A stretch of DNA of 64,000 nt from Terriglobia bacterium (GTDB lineage Bacteria; Acidobacteriota; Terriglobia; JAJPHL01; JAPKYU01): the NCBI GenBank assembly GCA_965223005.1, contig CBDCVK010000010.1:352001-416000 (forward strand), in the 5' to 3' direction. The position numbers were made by a program, and so were the translations under genes. Positions 20,751 to 30,114 of the stretch are shown here, in pieces. Position 1 is the first letter of the stretch. Every line of letters starts with the position of its first letter. A model generated the notes under the pieces. The model worked only from the letters and a program-made list of their open reading frames with translations, did not search any database and had not been told where the DNA came from.

Positions 20751-21736
20751 CGATTCCCGTGGCCATTATCGGTGCCGGGACCTTTGGCCGGCAGCATGCG
20801 CGCGTCTACCGGAAGCTGCCGGAGGCCGAACTGGTCGGCGTCTTCGACGCCGACGCCGCGCGGGCTCAGGCAGTGGCGCAAGAATTCGGCTGTCGCGTCT
20901 TCTCTTCCCTGGAGGAGGCGGCCGGCGCCGCCCGCGCTGCCAGCCTGGCCGTGCCCACAGCCCAGCACGCCGAGGTAGGTTGCTGGCTGCTGGATCGTGG
21001 GCTGGACGTGCTGGTGGAAAAGCCCATCGCGCCTTCAGTCCCCGAAGCCGACCGGCTGATTGCCGCCGCCCACGCCTCGGGTCGGTTGCTGCAGGTGGGC
21101 CACCTGGAGCGCTTTAATCCGGCGGTGGTCACCGCGCAGCGCATCGTCACCCGGCCGTTGTTCTTTGAAGTGCACCGGCTGAGCCTCTTTACTCCGCGCA
21201 GCCTGGATGTGGACGTCGTGCTGGACCTGATGATCCACGACCTGGACATCGTGCTGGCACTCTGCAACGCGGGCATCGGAGAGGTGCGTGCTGCCGGCCT
21301 CGCCATCCTCTCACCCAAGATTGACATTGCGAACGTCCGTCTATCGTTTGACAATGGATGTGTAGCCAATTTCACGGCCAGCCGTGTGAGCACGGAACGC
21401 GTCCGCAAGCTCCGGTTTTTCCAGCCGGCTCAATACGTGTCGCTGGACTACACGCGCCAAGACCTGGTGGTTTTCTCCGTGGGGCCGGCCACCGGGGGTG
21501 ACTCTCGAGAAACCGGGATCAGCCGGCGGCTCCTGATGGAAGAAGCGGGAAGCGCTCCCCGGGAAGAACCGCTGCACGCGCAGTTGCGGCACTTTTTGGA
21601 ATGCGTCCGGACGCGCCGGCCACCAGCGGTGGGCGGTGAGGAGGGGCGTCGCGTCCTGCAAGTGGCCTTGCAGATCGTGGAGGCCGTCGAGCAGCACAAC
21701 CGCCGTCTCTTCGGAGTGAAGAGTGCGGCGCATTGA
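20747..21736 (+). CDS. Gfo/Idh/MocA oxidoreductase, GnnA-like
   Basis: GAGTFG, VEKPI, QVGHLERFNPA, DVVLDLMIHDLD; coupled to lpxI. Confidence 0.8.
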   Translation: MTIPVAIIGAGTFGRQHARVYRKLPEAELVGVFDADAARAQAVAQEFGCRVFSSLEEAAGAARAASLAVPTAQHAEVGCWLLDRGLDVLVEKPIAPSVPEADRLIAAAHASGRLLQVGHLERFNPAVVTAQRIVTRPLFFEVHRLSLFTPRSLDVDVVLDLMIHDLDIVLALCNAGIGEVRAAGLAILSPKIDIANVRLSFDNGCVANFTASRVSTERVRKLRFFQPAQYVSLDYTRQDLVVFSVGPATGGDSRETGISRRLLMEEAGSAPREEPLHAQLRHFLECVRTRRPPAVGGEEGRRVLQVALQIVEAVEQHNRRLFGVKSAAH

Positions 21737-21814
21737 AGCCGCAGTGAAGCCGGCACAGTGACGGGAGAGTGATGAGTGAATCTATGCTTGCCTCGTCACT
21801 CATGAAGCTTGGGC

Positions 21815-22807
21815 ATGGATCCCGAACCGCAACTGAACCTGTTGCTGGAGCTCGAGGACGATGCCGCGCGCACCCGCCGGCGGGAGTCGGTGCTTCTTTC
21901 AGTGAGCGCACACCTGGTGGCCCTGGTTGTGCTTCTGGTGTCGCCACTGCTTTCCGAGTCGGTGAGAGAGACTCTGGGGATCGAGGGGGACAATCCCAGG
22001 CCGCGTGAACAGTTGACCTACCTGGCGCTGCCGCCCGACGACCTGGTGGTCCAGCCCAAGCCCAACGTGCTTTCGGACAAGGACCGCCGGGCGCAACCCG
22101 ATCTCAAATTGCCACCGCTGCCTAGGTTGGCTCCCCCTGCCGAGCCCACTTCACCTACGGAAAAGAAGAGTGAAGAAGAGCTGCTGGCCAAGGGTCAGGA
22201 GCCACCCCGGTTGCCACCGGGCAACGCGGGGCAGCGGTCACCCAAATCTCGGGCGGGCCAGCCTGCTCCGCCCGGGCTGCGGCTGGAGGATTTAAGCAGC
22301 CAGCGGCCCAAGCTAACCTTGCCCACCCAGCCCAGCCCCGGCCGCGCGTTGGAAGAAACCGTTCGAAAAACGGCCCGCAATCGCGGCGGCGGCCCGTCGC
22401 TGAGCGACTTGGACAACTTGGGTAGAGGCCGCCGGCTTGGCAGCTTCAAGCCGCGTGGGCCAGGCGCCGTCGGCAACGCCCGCATCTTGACCGACACGCT
22501 GGGCGTGGACTTTGACCCCTACCTGCGCCGCGTCGTCATGGATATTCGCGAGAACTGGTATGCGGTGATGCCGGAGATTGCGCGGCTGGGCAAGCGTGGG
22601 GAAGTGACGGCGATCTTCGAGATTCTCCGCGACGGCGAAGTGCCCAAGCTCTATCTGGTTTCCACGTCCGGTTCCGAGCCTCTCGACCGCGCCGCTCTGG
22701 CCGGCATCAGCGCTTCGTCGCCATTTCCCCCGTTGCCCACGGAGTTCAGCGGCCCCTTCGTCCGCATCCGGGTCACCTTCCTGTACAATACGTTCTACGA
22801 ACGATAA
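21815..22807 (+). CDS. TonB family energy transducer
   Basis: TM with S-x-x-x-H (SVSAHL), Pro-rich linker, TonB_C domain (SGSEPLDRAA, PFPPLP). Confidence 0.85.
   Translation: MDPEPQLNLLLELEDDAARTRRRESVLLSVSAHLVALVVLLVSPLLSESVRETLGIEGDNPRPREQLTYLALPPDDLVVQPKPNVLSDKDRRAQPDLKLPPLPRLAPPAEPTSPTEKKSEEELLAKGQEPPRLPPGNAGQRSPKSRAGQPAPPGLRLEDLSSQRPKLTLPTQPSPGRALEETVRKTARNRGGGPSLSDLDNLGRGRRLGSFKPRGPGAVGNARILTDTLGVDFDPYLRRVVMDIRENWYAVMPEIARLGKRGEVTAIFEILRDGEVPKLYLVSTSGSEPLDRAALAGISASSPFPPLPTEFSGPFVRIRVTFLYNTFYER
22781..22802 (+). repeat. 22-bp direct repeat, copy 1 (3' end of tonB)
   Basis: ctgtacaatacgttctacgaac, identical to 23995-24016. Confidence 0.95.
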
Positions 22808-22935
22808 CGCGGTTTTATTGAGACTTCTTTCCAATAAAAATAGCTTGATGGAAGGCCACGCCAAAGCGCCGTTGATACAGTTCGAACTGAGAAACCGACA
22901 ACTCATACGGAAGTGATGGAGAGAGGAGGATCCCC

Positions 22936-23847
22936 GTGAGAACTCGTCTTGGTCATGCTTGTCTGCTGGCCTTCCTAGGTGGATTGATGGCCCTTAGCGC
23001 GAAAACGCAGCCGGCTGAGAAGCTGAAGGTTTACATCTCGGTAGACATGGAAGGAACGGTCGGAACGGTAACCGGCGATCAGTTGGGTCCGAGCGGGTTT
23101 GAATATGATCGTTTTCGCGAATTCATGACCCGCGAAGCATTGGCCGTCGTCGAAGCAGCTAAGGAAGCCGGCGCCACCGAGATCCTGGTCAGTGACTCGC
23201 ATGGCAACGGCGAAAGCCTCTTGATCGAAATGTTCCCCAAAGACGTCCACATCATCCGCTCCTACCCGCGGCGGCAGGGGCAGGTGGCAGGCATCGACGA
23301 AACCTTCGACGCCGTCTTCCTGATCGGGTACCACGCTTCCACAAACAATCCTGCCGGTGTCCGCGCTCACACCTTTTCGAGTGCGCGGCTGACCAGCGTC
23401 AAACTCAACGGTACGCCGGTTACCGAAGGCGCCTTCAACGCCGCCATCGCGGGACACTTCGGCGTCCCGGTGGTCATGGTGTCCGGCGACGATGCCGCCG
23501 TCGCAGAAGTTCAGTCGTTGGTGGGTGACATCGAAGGTGCTGTGGTCAAGAAGAACCGCGGCTTCCATTCAGCCGAGACATTGACGCCGGAAGCTTCCTA
23601 TGAGTTGATTAGGCAGAAAGCCAAAACTGCGCTGGGACGGCTGGGGGATTTCAAACCTTACAGAGTTGAGACACCCGTGACATTCGACGTCAGCTTCAAG
23701 CACTACCGCCCAGTGGAGGTCCTCGCCTACCTCCGATTGATCGAGCGGACCGATTCCCACTCCATCCGCTTCCGCGGACAAGACATGATTGAAGTCTCTG
23801 ACTTTCTGAGCTTCGTGCTGAACTACAACTCCTATGCGCAACCCTGA
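22936..23847 (+). CDS. M55 D-aminopeptidase (DppA family) with signal peptide
   Basis: YISVDMEG, SDSHG, IGYHA, AHT, SGD; strong AGGAGG SD. Confidence 0.92.
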   Translation: MRTRLGHACLLAFLGGLMALSAKTQPAEKLKVYISVDMEGTVGTVTGDQLGPSGFEYDRFREFMTREALAVVEAAKEAGATEILVSDSHGNGESLLIEMFPKDVHIIRSYPRRQGQVAGIDETFDAVFLIGYHASTNNPAGVRAHTFSSARLTSVKLNGTPVTEGAFNAAIAGHFGVPVVMVSGDDAAVAEVQSLVGDIEGAVVKKNRGFHSAETLTPEASYELIRQKAKTALGRLGDFKPYRVETPVTFDVSFKHYRPVEVLAYLRLIERTDSHSIRFRGQDMIEVSDFLSFVLNYNSYAQP

Positions 23848-23994
23848 CACTGACCCCATAACCGCTTGTTACTCGGTGCGCGTCGGTCTCACGTATCTGA
23901 CCGGCGAAATGGCATCATCCCCGGCGTGGCGTATTACTTAGGGTCACTCCTTGTCATCCCTTCTCGCTTGGGCCTTCTCACTGGGGTCCCCGAA

Positions 23995-24016
23995 CTGTAC
24001 AATACGTTCTACGAAC
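23995..24016 (+). repeat. 22-bp direct repeat, copy 2
   Basis: Identical to 22781-22802; brackets the dppA-like gene. Confidence 0.95.
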
Positions 24017-24017
24017 A

Positions 24018-24119
24018 ATGAAACTGGCGCGCTCGCAGGCCGTGGGCGTGGTGCTGGTGTTTTTCCTGCTGGTCCTGCTGATGTGGACGCGCTATTTGCG
24101 TGAACTTTTCGCCTGGTAG
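24018..24119 (+). CDS. Putative 33-aa single-TM small protein (not in ORF track)
   Basis: MKLARSQAVGVVLVFFLLVLLMWTRYLRELFAW*. Its ATG overlaps the TGA of the duplicated tonB end, and it stops 5 nt before miaA. Confidence 0.6.
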   Translation: MKLARSQAVGVVLVFFLLVLLMWTRYLRELFAW

Positions 24120-24124
24120 CGCCA

Positions 24125-25093
24125 TTGCTTCCCTTGCTGGCGCCTCTGCTGTCGATCGTGGGGCCGACGGCCTCCGGCAAGTCGGCGCTGGCCTTGTTTC
24201 TCGCCGAGGAACTGGATGGCGAGATTGTCAACTGCGATTCCCTCCAGCTCTACCGCCACTTTGACGTGGGCACCGCTAAGCTGGCGCCGGTGGAGCGGCG
24301 TGGGGTGCCGCATCACCTGATCGACATTCTGGAGCCGAATGAGGTGTGCACCGCGGGCGAGTACGCCCGGCGGGCGCGCACGGTGCTGGAGCAGATTCGG
24401 GCCCGGGGGCACCTGCCGATCCTGGTGGGCGGCGCCGGCTTCTACCTGCATGCCTTGCTGGAGGGCCTGTTCCCCTCGCCGGTGCGCGACGAGCGCCTGC
24501 GCCGCCGGCTTCGCCAGCTCGCCCGCACGCGCCGGGCCGGCTACCTGCACCGGCTGCTGCTGCGGCTGGATCCTGAGTCGGCCGCCCGCATCCATGCCCA
24601 CGACGCGCCCAAGCTCATTCGCGCCATCGAGGTCTGCCTGCAGGCGCGCCGGCCGATGTCGGCGCTGTTCCGAGAAACGCAGGGACACGGGAAGCTGGAG
24701 GGGTATCGCGTGCTGAAGCTCGGCTTGAACCCGCCGCGCCGTCTTCTCTACGAGCGCATTGACCAGCGCGCCGAACGCATGTTTACCCAGGGTGACGCAG
24801 GCATCGTGGCTGAAGTACGCGCTTTGCTGGACGGCGGCGTGCCGGCCACGGCCAAGCCATTCGAGTCGGTCGGCTATCGGGAAGCGCTGGCGGTCGTGGA
24901 AGGCCGCATTGCGTCAGAGGAGGCCATCCAGCTAACCCAACTACGCACCCGCCACTACGCCAAGCGCCAGATCACCTGGTTCCGCCGCGAGCGCGATGTG
25001 CACTGGCTCGCCACCTTCGGCGACGACCCCGCTACCCAGCACGGCGCACTGGAGTGGGTTCAGAGGAATTCAAAAGTGGAAAATGAAAACTGA
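24125..25093 (+). CDS. miaA: tRNA dimethylallyltransferase
   Basis: GPTASGKS, DSLQLY, VPHHLID, YAKRQITWFR. Confidence 0.96.
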   Translation: MLPLLAPLLSIVGPTASGKSALALFLAEELDGEIVNCDSLQLYRHFDVGTAKLAPVERRGVPHHLIDILEPNEVCTAGEYARRARTVLEQIRARGHLPILVGGAGFYLHALLEGLFPSPVRDERLRRRLRQLARTRRAGYLHRLLLRLDPESAARIHAHDAPKLIRAIEVCLQARRPMSALFRETQGHGKLEGYRVLKLGLNPPRRLLYERIDQRAERMFTQGDAGIVAEVRALLDGGVPATAKPFESVGYREALAVVEGRIASEEAIQLTQLRTRHYAKRQITWFRRERDVHWLATFGDDPATQHGALEWVQRNSKVENEN

Positions 25094-25151
25094 GCAATTC
25101 ACGATGTTTGCAAAATATGATCCCGTAGGGCGCGCCCTGTTCCGTGTGTCT

Positions 25152-26174
25152 TCATCGGCTCCCTTCGTTTTTCCCATCTTTTCCCGGAGTGCTAGGAACC
25201 ACGGCGGCGCGGGGGTGGGGCGGGCGGTTCACTGGCCAGCGGGGCGGCTCGCTCTTCAGGATGCGCACAATGTCCTCGGCCACCTTGCTCATGCGCACCA
25301 GCGACTCCTGGGTGACCCCGGCAATGTGCGGGGTGGCGACAAAGTTGGTGAGCGCCAGCAACATGCGTCCCGTCTGGCCGGGCGGCTCCTGTTCAAAGAC
25401 GTCGGTGGCCGCGCCAGCGATGCGGCGCTCGACCAGCGCGCGGAGCACTGCGCCTTCGTCCCAGACCGGCCCGCGGCACAGGTTGATCATGTAGGCGGTC
25501 GGTTTCATCTGGGCGATTTCCTGGGCGCCGATCAAGTGGTGGGTCTGCGGCGTGAGCGGAACCAGCAGCGTGACCAGGTCGGATTCGGCCAGCACCTGCT
25601 CCATCGGCACCCGCTGGGCGCCGCAAGCCCGTTCCACTTCAGGCGAAGCCGCCACGACGTCGCTGTAGAGGATGCGAGTGTTGAAAGCAGCGTGGCACTT
25701 GCGGGCGGTCAAACTGCCGATGCGCCCGAAGCCCACAAAGCCCACCGTCTTGCCTTCCAGTTCGATGCCGGTCGCGCGGCTGCGGGCCTTCCAGTCGCCT
25801 CGCCGGAGGCTCCTCTCGGCCAGTTGGAACCGGCGGCAGAGGGCCAGCGCGAGCAGGAAGAAGTGCTCAGCGACCGATTCGCTGGGAGCGTCCGGTGTGT
25901 TGACCACCCAGATGCCCAGCTCGGTGGCGGCAGCTACATCCACGTTGTCCACCCCGATACCGTGCCGGCCCACCACCTTGAGCCGGGGGGCGGCTTCCAT
26001 CAGGCGACGGCTGGCCACACCCAATGCCCGCAAGACCATCGCATCGGCGCGGGCGATGAGCGGCAGCAGCGCCTCCTCGTTCAGCGACTTCGGGACCACT
26101 AGTTCGCCGGCTGTTGCCAGCAGCTGCTGACCCTGTTCATGGATCGGCTCAAACAGAACAATCGTAGGCATCAT
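25152..26174 (-). CDS. D-isomer-specific 2-hydroxyacid dehydrogenase (SerA-like, no ACT domain)
   Basis: GIGVDNVD, GFGRIG, INLCRG, DVFEQEP, TPHIAG. Confidence 0.9.
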   Translation of the reverse strand: MMPTIVLFEPIHEQGQQLLATAGELVVPKSLNEEALLPLIARADAMVLRALGVASRRLMEAAPRLKVVGRHGIGVDNVDVAAATELGIWVVNTPDAPSESVAEHFFLLALALCRRFQLAERSLRRGDWKARSRATGIELEGKTVGFVGFGRIGSLTARKCHAAFNTRILYSDVVAASPEVERACGAQRVPMEQVLAESDLVTLLVPLTPQTHHLIGAQEIAQMKPTAYMINLCRGPVWDEGAVLRALVERRIAGAATDVFEQEPPGQTGRMLLALTNFVATPHIAGVTQESLVRMSKVAEDIVRILKSEPPRWPVNRPPHPRAAVVPSTPGKDGKNEGSR

Positions 26175-26213
26175 GGTGCAGACGGGCGAAGAGTGGCGCA
26201 GACGGTCCCGCGA

Positions 26214-27299
26214 CTAGTCGCGGATGCGCACCACTGGCTCGGGGTCCGCGGAGGAGCCGGCCTGGCGGATCCGTTCTACTGCGGTTTGGGCAAGGTTGTA
26301 GAACGCCTTGGCCTGCGGAGCGTCCGGACCGCGCGCCCCCACTGGCGCACCGGTGTCGCCGCCCACCCGGATGTCCGGATCCAGGGGCACGTGGCCCAGG
26401 AACGGCACGCCGAACTGCTGGGCGAGGCGCTCGCCGCCCCCGTGGCTGAACACGTCCACCTGCTTGCCACAGTGCGGGCAGACGAAGTAGCTCATGTTCT
26501 CCACCACTCCGAGCACCTCCGCCTTCACCTGGCGGAACATGGCGATGGCCTTGCGCGCATCCTCCAGCGCCACGTCGGAAGGGGTAGTGACGACGATCGC
26601 CCCGGTGATGGGCACCGTCTGCAGCAGCGTCAACTGGACGTCCCCGGTGCCCGGCGGCAGGTCCACCACCAGGTAGTCCAGCTCGCCCCACTCGACGTTG
26701 CGGATGAATTGCTGGATGACGCTGTGCAGCATCGGGCCGCGCCAGATCACTGGGCGGTCGCCCGGATTGAGAAAGCCCATGGACATCATCCGCACGCCAT
26801 AGCTCTCGAGCGGCAGAATCCGGTCCCCCCGCGCCTGGGGCGTTTCGCTGGTGCCCATCATCAGCGGAACATTGGGTCCGTAGACGTCGGCGTCCATCAG
26901 GCCCACGCGAGATCCCAGACGTGCCATAGCCACCGCCAGGTTCACCGCCACCGTGGTCTTGCCCACTCCGCCCTTTCCGGAGGCAACGGCAATGAGGTTC
27001 TTCACGCCCGGGATAGGCGCCTTATCTGCTCCTCCCGGGTGGGCCTGCGGTCCCGGGGCGGCGAATTTCACCTGCACTTCGGTGACCCCAGGTAGCTTTG
27101 TCAACTCCGCGCGAACACTGCTTTCGATTTCGCCCAGGCGCGGGTGGTTAGGGCTGCTAACCAGAACCGTCAGAGCCACAAGGCCGTCGTGCACCACCAG
27201 GTTCCGCACCATGTTGAGCGAGACGATGTCCTTCCCTCGCTCCGGCTCGAGCACGTTGCCGAGCGCCTGCATCACCTGCTGGTCACTCACGTTGCCCAT
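26214..27299 (-). CDS. mrp: Mrp/NBP35 (ApbC) Fe-S cluster carrier ATPase
   Basis: N-terminal DUF59-like domain, GKGGVGKTT, WRGPM, DLPPGTGD, ENMSYFVCPHC. Confidence 0.95.
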   Translation of the reverse strand: MGNVSDQQVMQALGNVLEPERGKDIVSLNMVRNLVVHDGLVALTVLVSSPNHPRLGEIESSVRAELTKLPGVTEVQVKFAAPGPQAHPGGADKAPIPGVKNLIAVASGKGGVGKTTVAVNLAVAMARLGSRVGLMDADVYGPNVPLMMGTSETPQARGDRILPLESYGVRMMSMGFLNPGDRPVIWRGPMLHSVIQQFIRNVEWGELDYLVVDLPPGTGDVQLTLLQTVPITGAIVVTTPSDVALEDARKAIAMFRQVKAEVLGVVENMSYFVCPHCGKQVDVFSHGGGERLAQQFGVPFLGHVPLDPDIRVGGDTGAPVGARGPDAPQAKAFYNLAQTAVERIRQAGSSADPEPVVRIRD

Positions 27300-27319
27300 C
27301 GAAGCTTCCTCATGCGTAG

Positions 27320-27328
27320 ATTATAGCA
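27320..27328 (-). promoter_or_regulatory. Extended -10 promoter of mrp
   Basis: TGCTATAAT followed by a short leader containing a GAGGA SD. Confidence 0.6.
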
Positions 27329-27381
27329 TTCCGCAACGGCGGGCCCGGTGCGTAGCGTGCAGCAAAGATTCCGATTGGAAT

Positions 27382-28581
27382 TCAGTCGTAGAGCAGGTAG
27401 CGGGCGCGCAGTTTGCGGAAAGCCTCTAGCTCTGCCTGCCAGCTTTCGACGATCTGACGAGGGTCTTCGCCGTCCTGTTTGACATGCGAAAGGATGCGGG
27501 CGGCGGTCGCGTCGTTACCCAGCAGGCGCATGATGCCGCCCACGTCGAACTTGCCGGGATGGAACTTCACCACCGCCGACAGCAACTCTACCCCTAACGC
27601 CACCGCGTTGAGCGCATTGCGGTCGGTCAGCAGCACCTCGACCCCCTGGCACTGCTGGCCCCGGAACAGGCTGGAGTTGGGACGAAAGCGGCGAGCGCGG
27701 AAGCGCACGCCTGCCACTTGGCGCGCGTTCAGGTACTCGACCATCTGGCGGGCTTCGAACCACGGCGCGCCCACCAACTGGAAGGGCGTGGCCGTGCCGC
27801 GTCCCACCGAGACCTGCTTGGACTCCAGCAGGCAGACGCCCGGGTAGAGAATGGCCTGAGTCAGGCTGCGGATGTTGGGCGAGGGGTTCACCCAGGGCAG
27901 GCCGGTTTCGTCCATCCACTGGCCGCGGCGCCAGCCCCGCATCCGAATCACGTGCACCTCGGCGCCCAGCTTCTTCTCGCCGTTGAACATGCGGGTCAGC
28001 TCGCCCACGGTCATGCCGTGGCGGATGGGCATGGGCATGTAGCCCACGAAGGAGAAATACTTTTCTTCCAGCATCGGCCCTTCGACCGCCACACCGTTGA
28101 TGGGATTGGGCCGGTCCAGCACGTAGATGGGAATTTTCGCCCTAGCCGCTTCCTCCAGCATGTAGCCGAGGGTGGTGATGTAGGTGTAGAAGCGAGCGCC
28201 GATGTCCTGTATGTCGTAGACCAGCGCGTCCAGCCCGCACAACATCTCCGGTGTGGGCCGGTATCGGCCGCGCTGGTAGAGGCTGTAGACGGGCACGCCG
28301 GTGGCCGGATCTCTGCCGGACTCAACGTTTCGATCCTCGCGCGTTCCGCGCAGGCCATGCTCGGGGGCAAAGATGGCTGTCAGGCGTACGCCTGGGGTAC
28401 GGTGTAACAAGTCAATGGTGCGGCGGCCATCGGGCGTTTGGCCGGTGTGGTTGGTGATGAGCCCGACGCGCTTTCCCGCCAGCGGTGTGAATTGCTGTGC
28501 CGCCAACACTTCGATGCCCGTCCGGACACGCGCTGACGCACCCACGGCCGCCAGTGCTATTGCTAGCGTTACATGCAGCAC
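27382..28581 (-). CDS. Exo-beta-N-acetylmuramidase NamZ family (DUF1343)
   Basis: GLITNHTG, APEHG, DIQDIGARFYTY, DRPNP, PSPN. GTG 28581 follows GGAG and yields a signal-like N-terminus. Confidence 0.9.
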   Translation of the reverse strand: MLHVTLAIALAAVGASARVRTGIEVLAAQQFTPLAGKRVGLITNHTGQTPDGRRTIDLLHRTPGVRLTAIFAPEHGLRGTREDRNVESGRDPATGVPVYSLYQRGRYRPTPEMLCGLDALVYDIQDIGARFYTYITTLGYMLEEAARAKIPIYVLDRPNPINGVAVEGPMLEEKYFSFVGYMPMPIRHGMTVGELTRMFNGEKKLGAEVHVIRMRGWRRGQWMDETGLPWVNPSPNIRSLTQAILYPGVCLLESKQVSVGRGTATPFQLVGAPWFEARQMVEYLNARQVAGVRFRARRFRPNSSLFRGQQCQGVEVLLTDRNALNAVALGVELLSAVVKFHPGKFDVGGIMRLLGNDATAARILSHVKQDGEDPRQIVESWQAELEAFRKLRARYLLYD

Positions 28582-28763
28582 TTCACAACTCCACCCCTCC
28601 CGCGTTTCCTCCGTGACAGCGGTTGGCAGAAAGTTCTTGCAGAACAGAGTAACTGTTCCCTGACTCAGCACAGTCCAGCATACCGCCCGCCCAGCAGACC
28701 GGACAAGCAGCGCTTCGCAGGCAGAAGCCGGATTGGCCCTTTGGCGGTTTATGATGGAAGACG

Positions 28764-29513
28764 GTGCAGAGTCCGTCTTCCATCCTGGTGCTGGCCATCG
28801 ACACCACCAGCGAGCACGGCAGCCTGGCGCTCTCGCGGGGCACGCGGCTGCTGGAGTGCCACGAGGTGCAGTCGCGCCAAGCATTCTCCAAGGTCGTGTT
28901 TCAAGAGATTCGCTCGCTGCTGGAGCGCCACCGGGTTGGTCTGGCCGAGGTGGACTTGTTTGCTGCCGCCGCCGGCCCGGGCTCCTTTACTGGAGTGCGG
29001 GTAGGGTTGACTGCGGCCAAGGGCCTGGCAGCCGTCCAGGGCAAACCCGTGGCGCCGGTGTCCAATCTGGTGGCCACGGCGGCGCTGGTGCCCCCGGGGC
29101 CACGCGTACTGATTCCGCTGCTGGATGCCCGGCGAGGCGAACTCTTCGCCGGCGTCTACGAACGCACCGAGCCGGTGAAACCCGCCGGCCCCTTGCGCTC
29201 GCTGGCGGACGAGATGGTGGCGCGGCCCGAAGCCCTGGAAGAGTGGCTTGCCGGTCTAAAGCTGCCAGCGAGCGACGCCGCCTTTTGCGGCCCGGACGTC
29301 GAGCGGCTGTTCGCTTTATTCAGCAGCGGCCCGGACGCCGTGGCCCACTTTGCACGTCTGGTGACCGGGCGGACACTGGCGGGGGCGGTGGTGCGCCTGG
29401 CCTATGCCGCGTACTGCAACGGCCAGGTACTCACAGCGGAGGCTGCCGACGCAAACTACGTTCGCCGGGCCGACGCCGAAATTCTCCGCTCCCGTTCTCG
29501 AAAAAAGTCGTGA
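28764..29513 (+). CDS. tsaB: tRNA threonylcarbamoyladenosine biosynthesis protein TsaB
   Basis: LAIDTT, GPGSFTGVRVG, DARRGE. Confidence 0.93.
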   Translation: MQSPSSILVLAIDTTSEHGSLALSRGTRLLECHEVQSRQAFSKVVFQEIRSLLERHRVGLAEVDLFAAAAGPGSFTGVRVGLTAAKGLAAVQGKPVAPVSNLVATAALVPPGPRVLIPLLDARRGELFAGVYERTEPVKPAGPLRSLADEMVARPEALEEWLAGLKLPASDAAFCGPDVERLFALFSSGPDAVAHFARLVTGRTLAGAVVRLAYAAYCNGQVLTAEAADANYVRRADAEILRSRSRKKS

Positions 29514-29567
29514 ACCGAGCTCCACGCCTGGGCGAGTGGTCACGAAGCGCTTCTTTCTGAGCTTGCG

Positions 29568-30047
29568 ATGATGATCCGTCTATTGCGACCTGGGGAAGGG
29601 AAGCGGGCGGCCGAGCTGGTCAGGGCCTGCCCGGGTGCGGCCGACTGGTCGGCCGATGACTACGAACGATTGGCTGCAGACGCTGGGCCGGAGCGCGTTT
29701 GCTTGCCGGAGCACGTTTGCCTGATAGTCGAGCAGCCGCCCGGAATCGTGGCCGGCCTGTTGGTGGCGCGCACCGTGGCCGAAGAAGCTGAGCTGCTGAA
29801 CATAGCCGTGCTGCCGGAACAGCGCCGGCTAGGACTGGGCACTGCGCTACTGGCAGAAGCCTTGCGCCGGCTGGCGGCCGCGGGCGCGCGCAAGACTTGG
29901 TTGGAGGTGCGTGAGTCGAACCAGCCCGCCATCGCCTTTTACCGGCAGCACGGTTTTACCGTCCTCGGGCGCCGCCGCGCCTACTACCGAGCGCCCATGG
30001 AAGACGCCCTGCTCCTGGGCCGTGAACTGCACGCTCCGTCGCCGTAG
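29568..30047 (+). CDS. rimI: Ribosomal-protein-alanine N-acetyltransferase
   Basis: LLNIAV...RRLGLG, LEVRESN, GF...RRAYY...EDA; follows tsaB. Confidence 0.9.
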   Translation: MMIRLLRPGEGKRAAELVRACPGAADWSADDYERLAADAGPERVCLPEHVCLIVEQPPGIVAGLLVARTVAEEAELLNIAVLPEQRRLGLGTALLAEALRRLAAAGARKTWLEVRESNQPAIAFYRQHGFTVLGRRRAYYRAPMEDALLLGRELHAPSP

Positions 30048-30114
30048 AGACAGACTTCGGCCACACTAGGGCTTCACCTGTTTAGCCCCTGCTCAACACC
30101 TGCTCCGCGCCTGC

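Noticed and set aside
22797-22824. Xer dif-like site (acgaacgataa-N6-tttattgagac)
   Set aside because: The XerD-side arm matches the TTATGTTAAAT consensus poorly.
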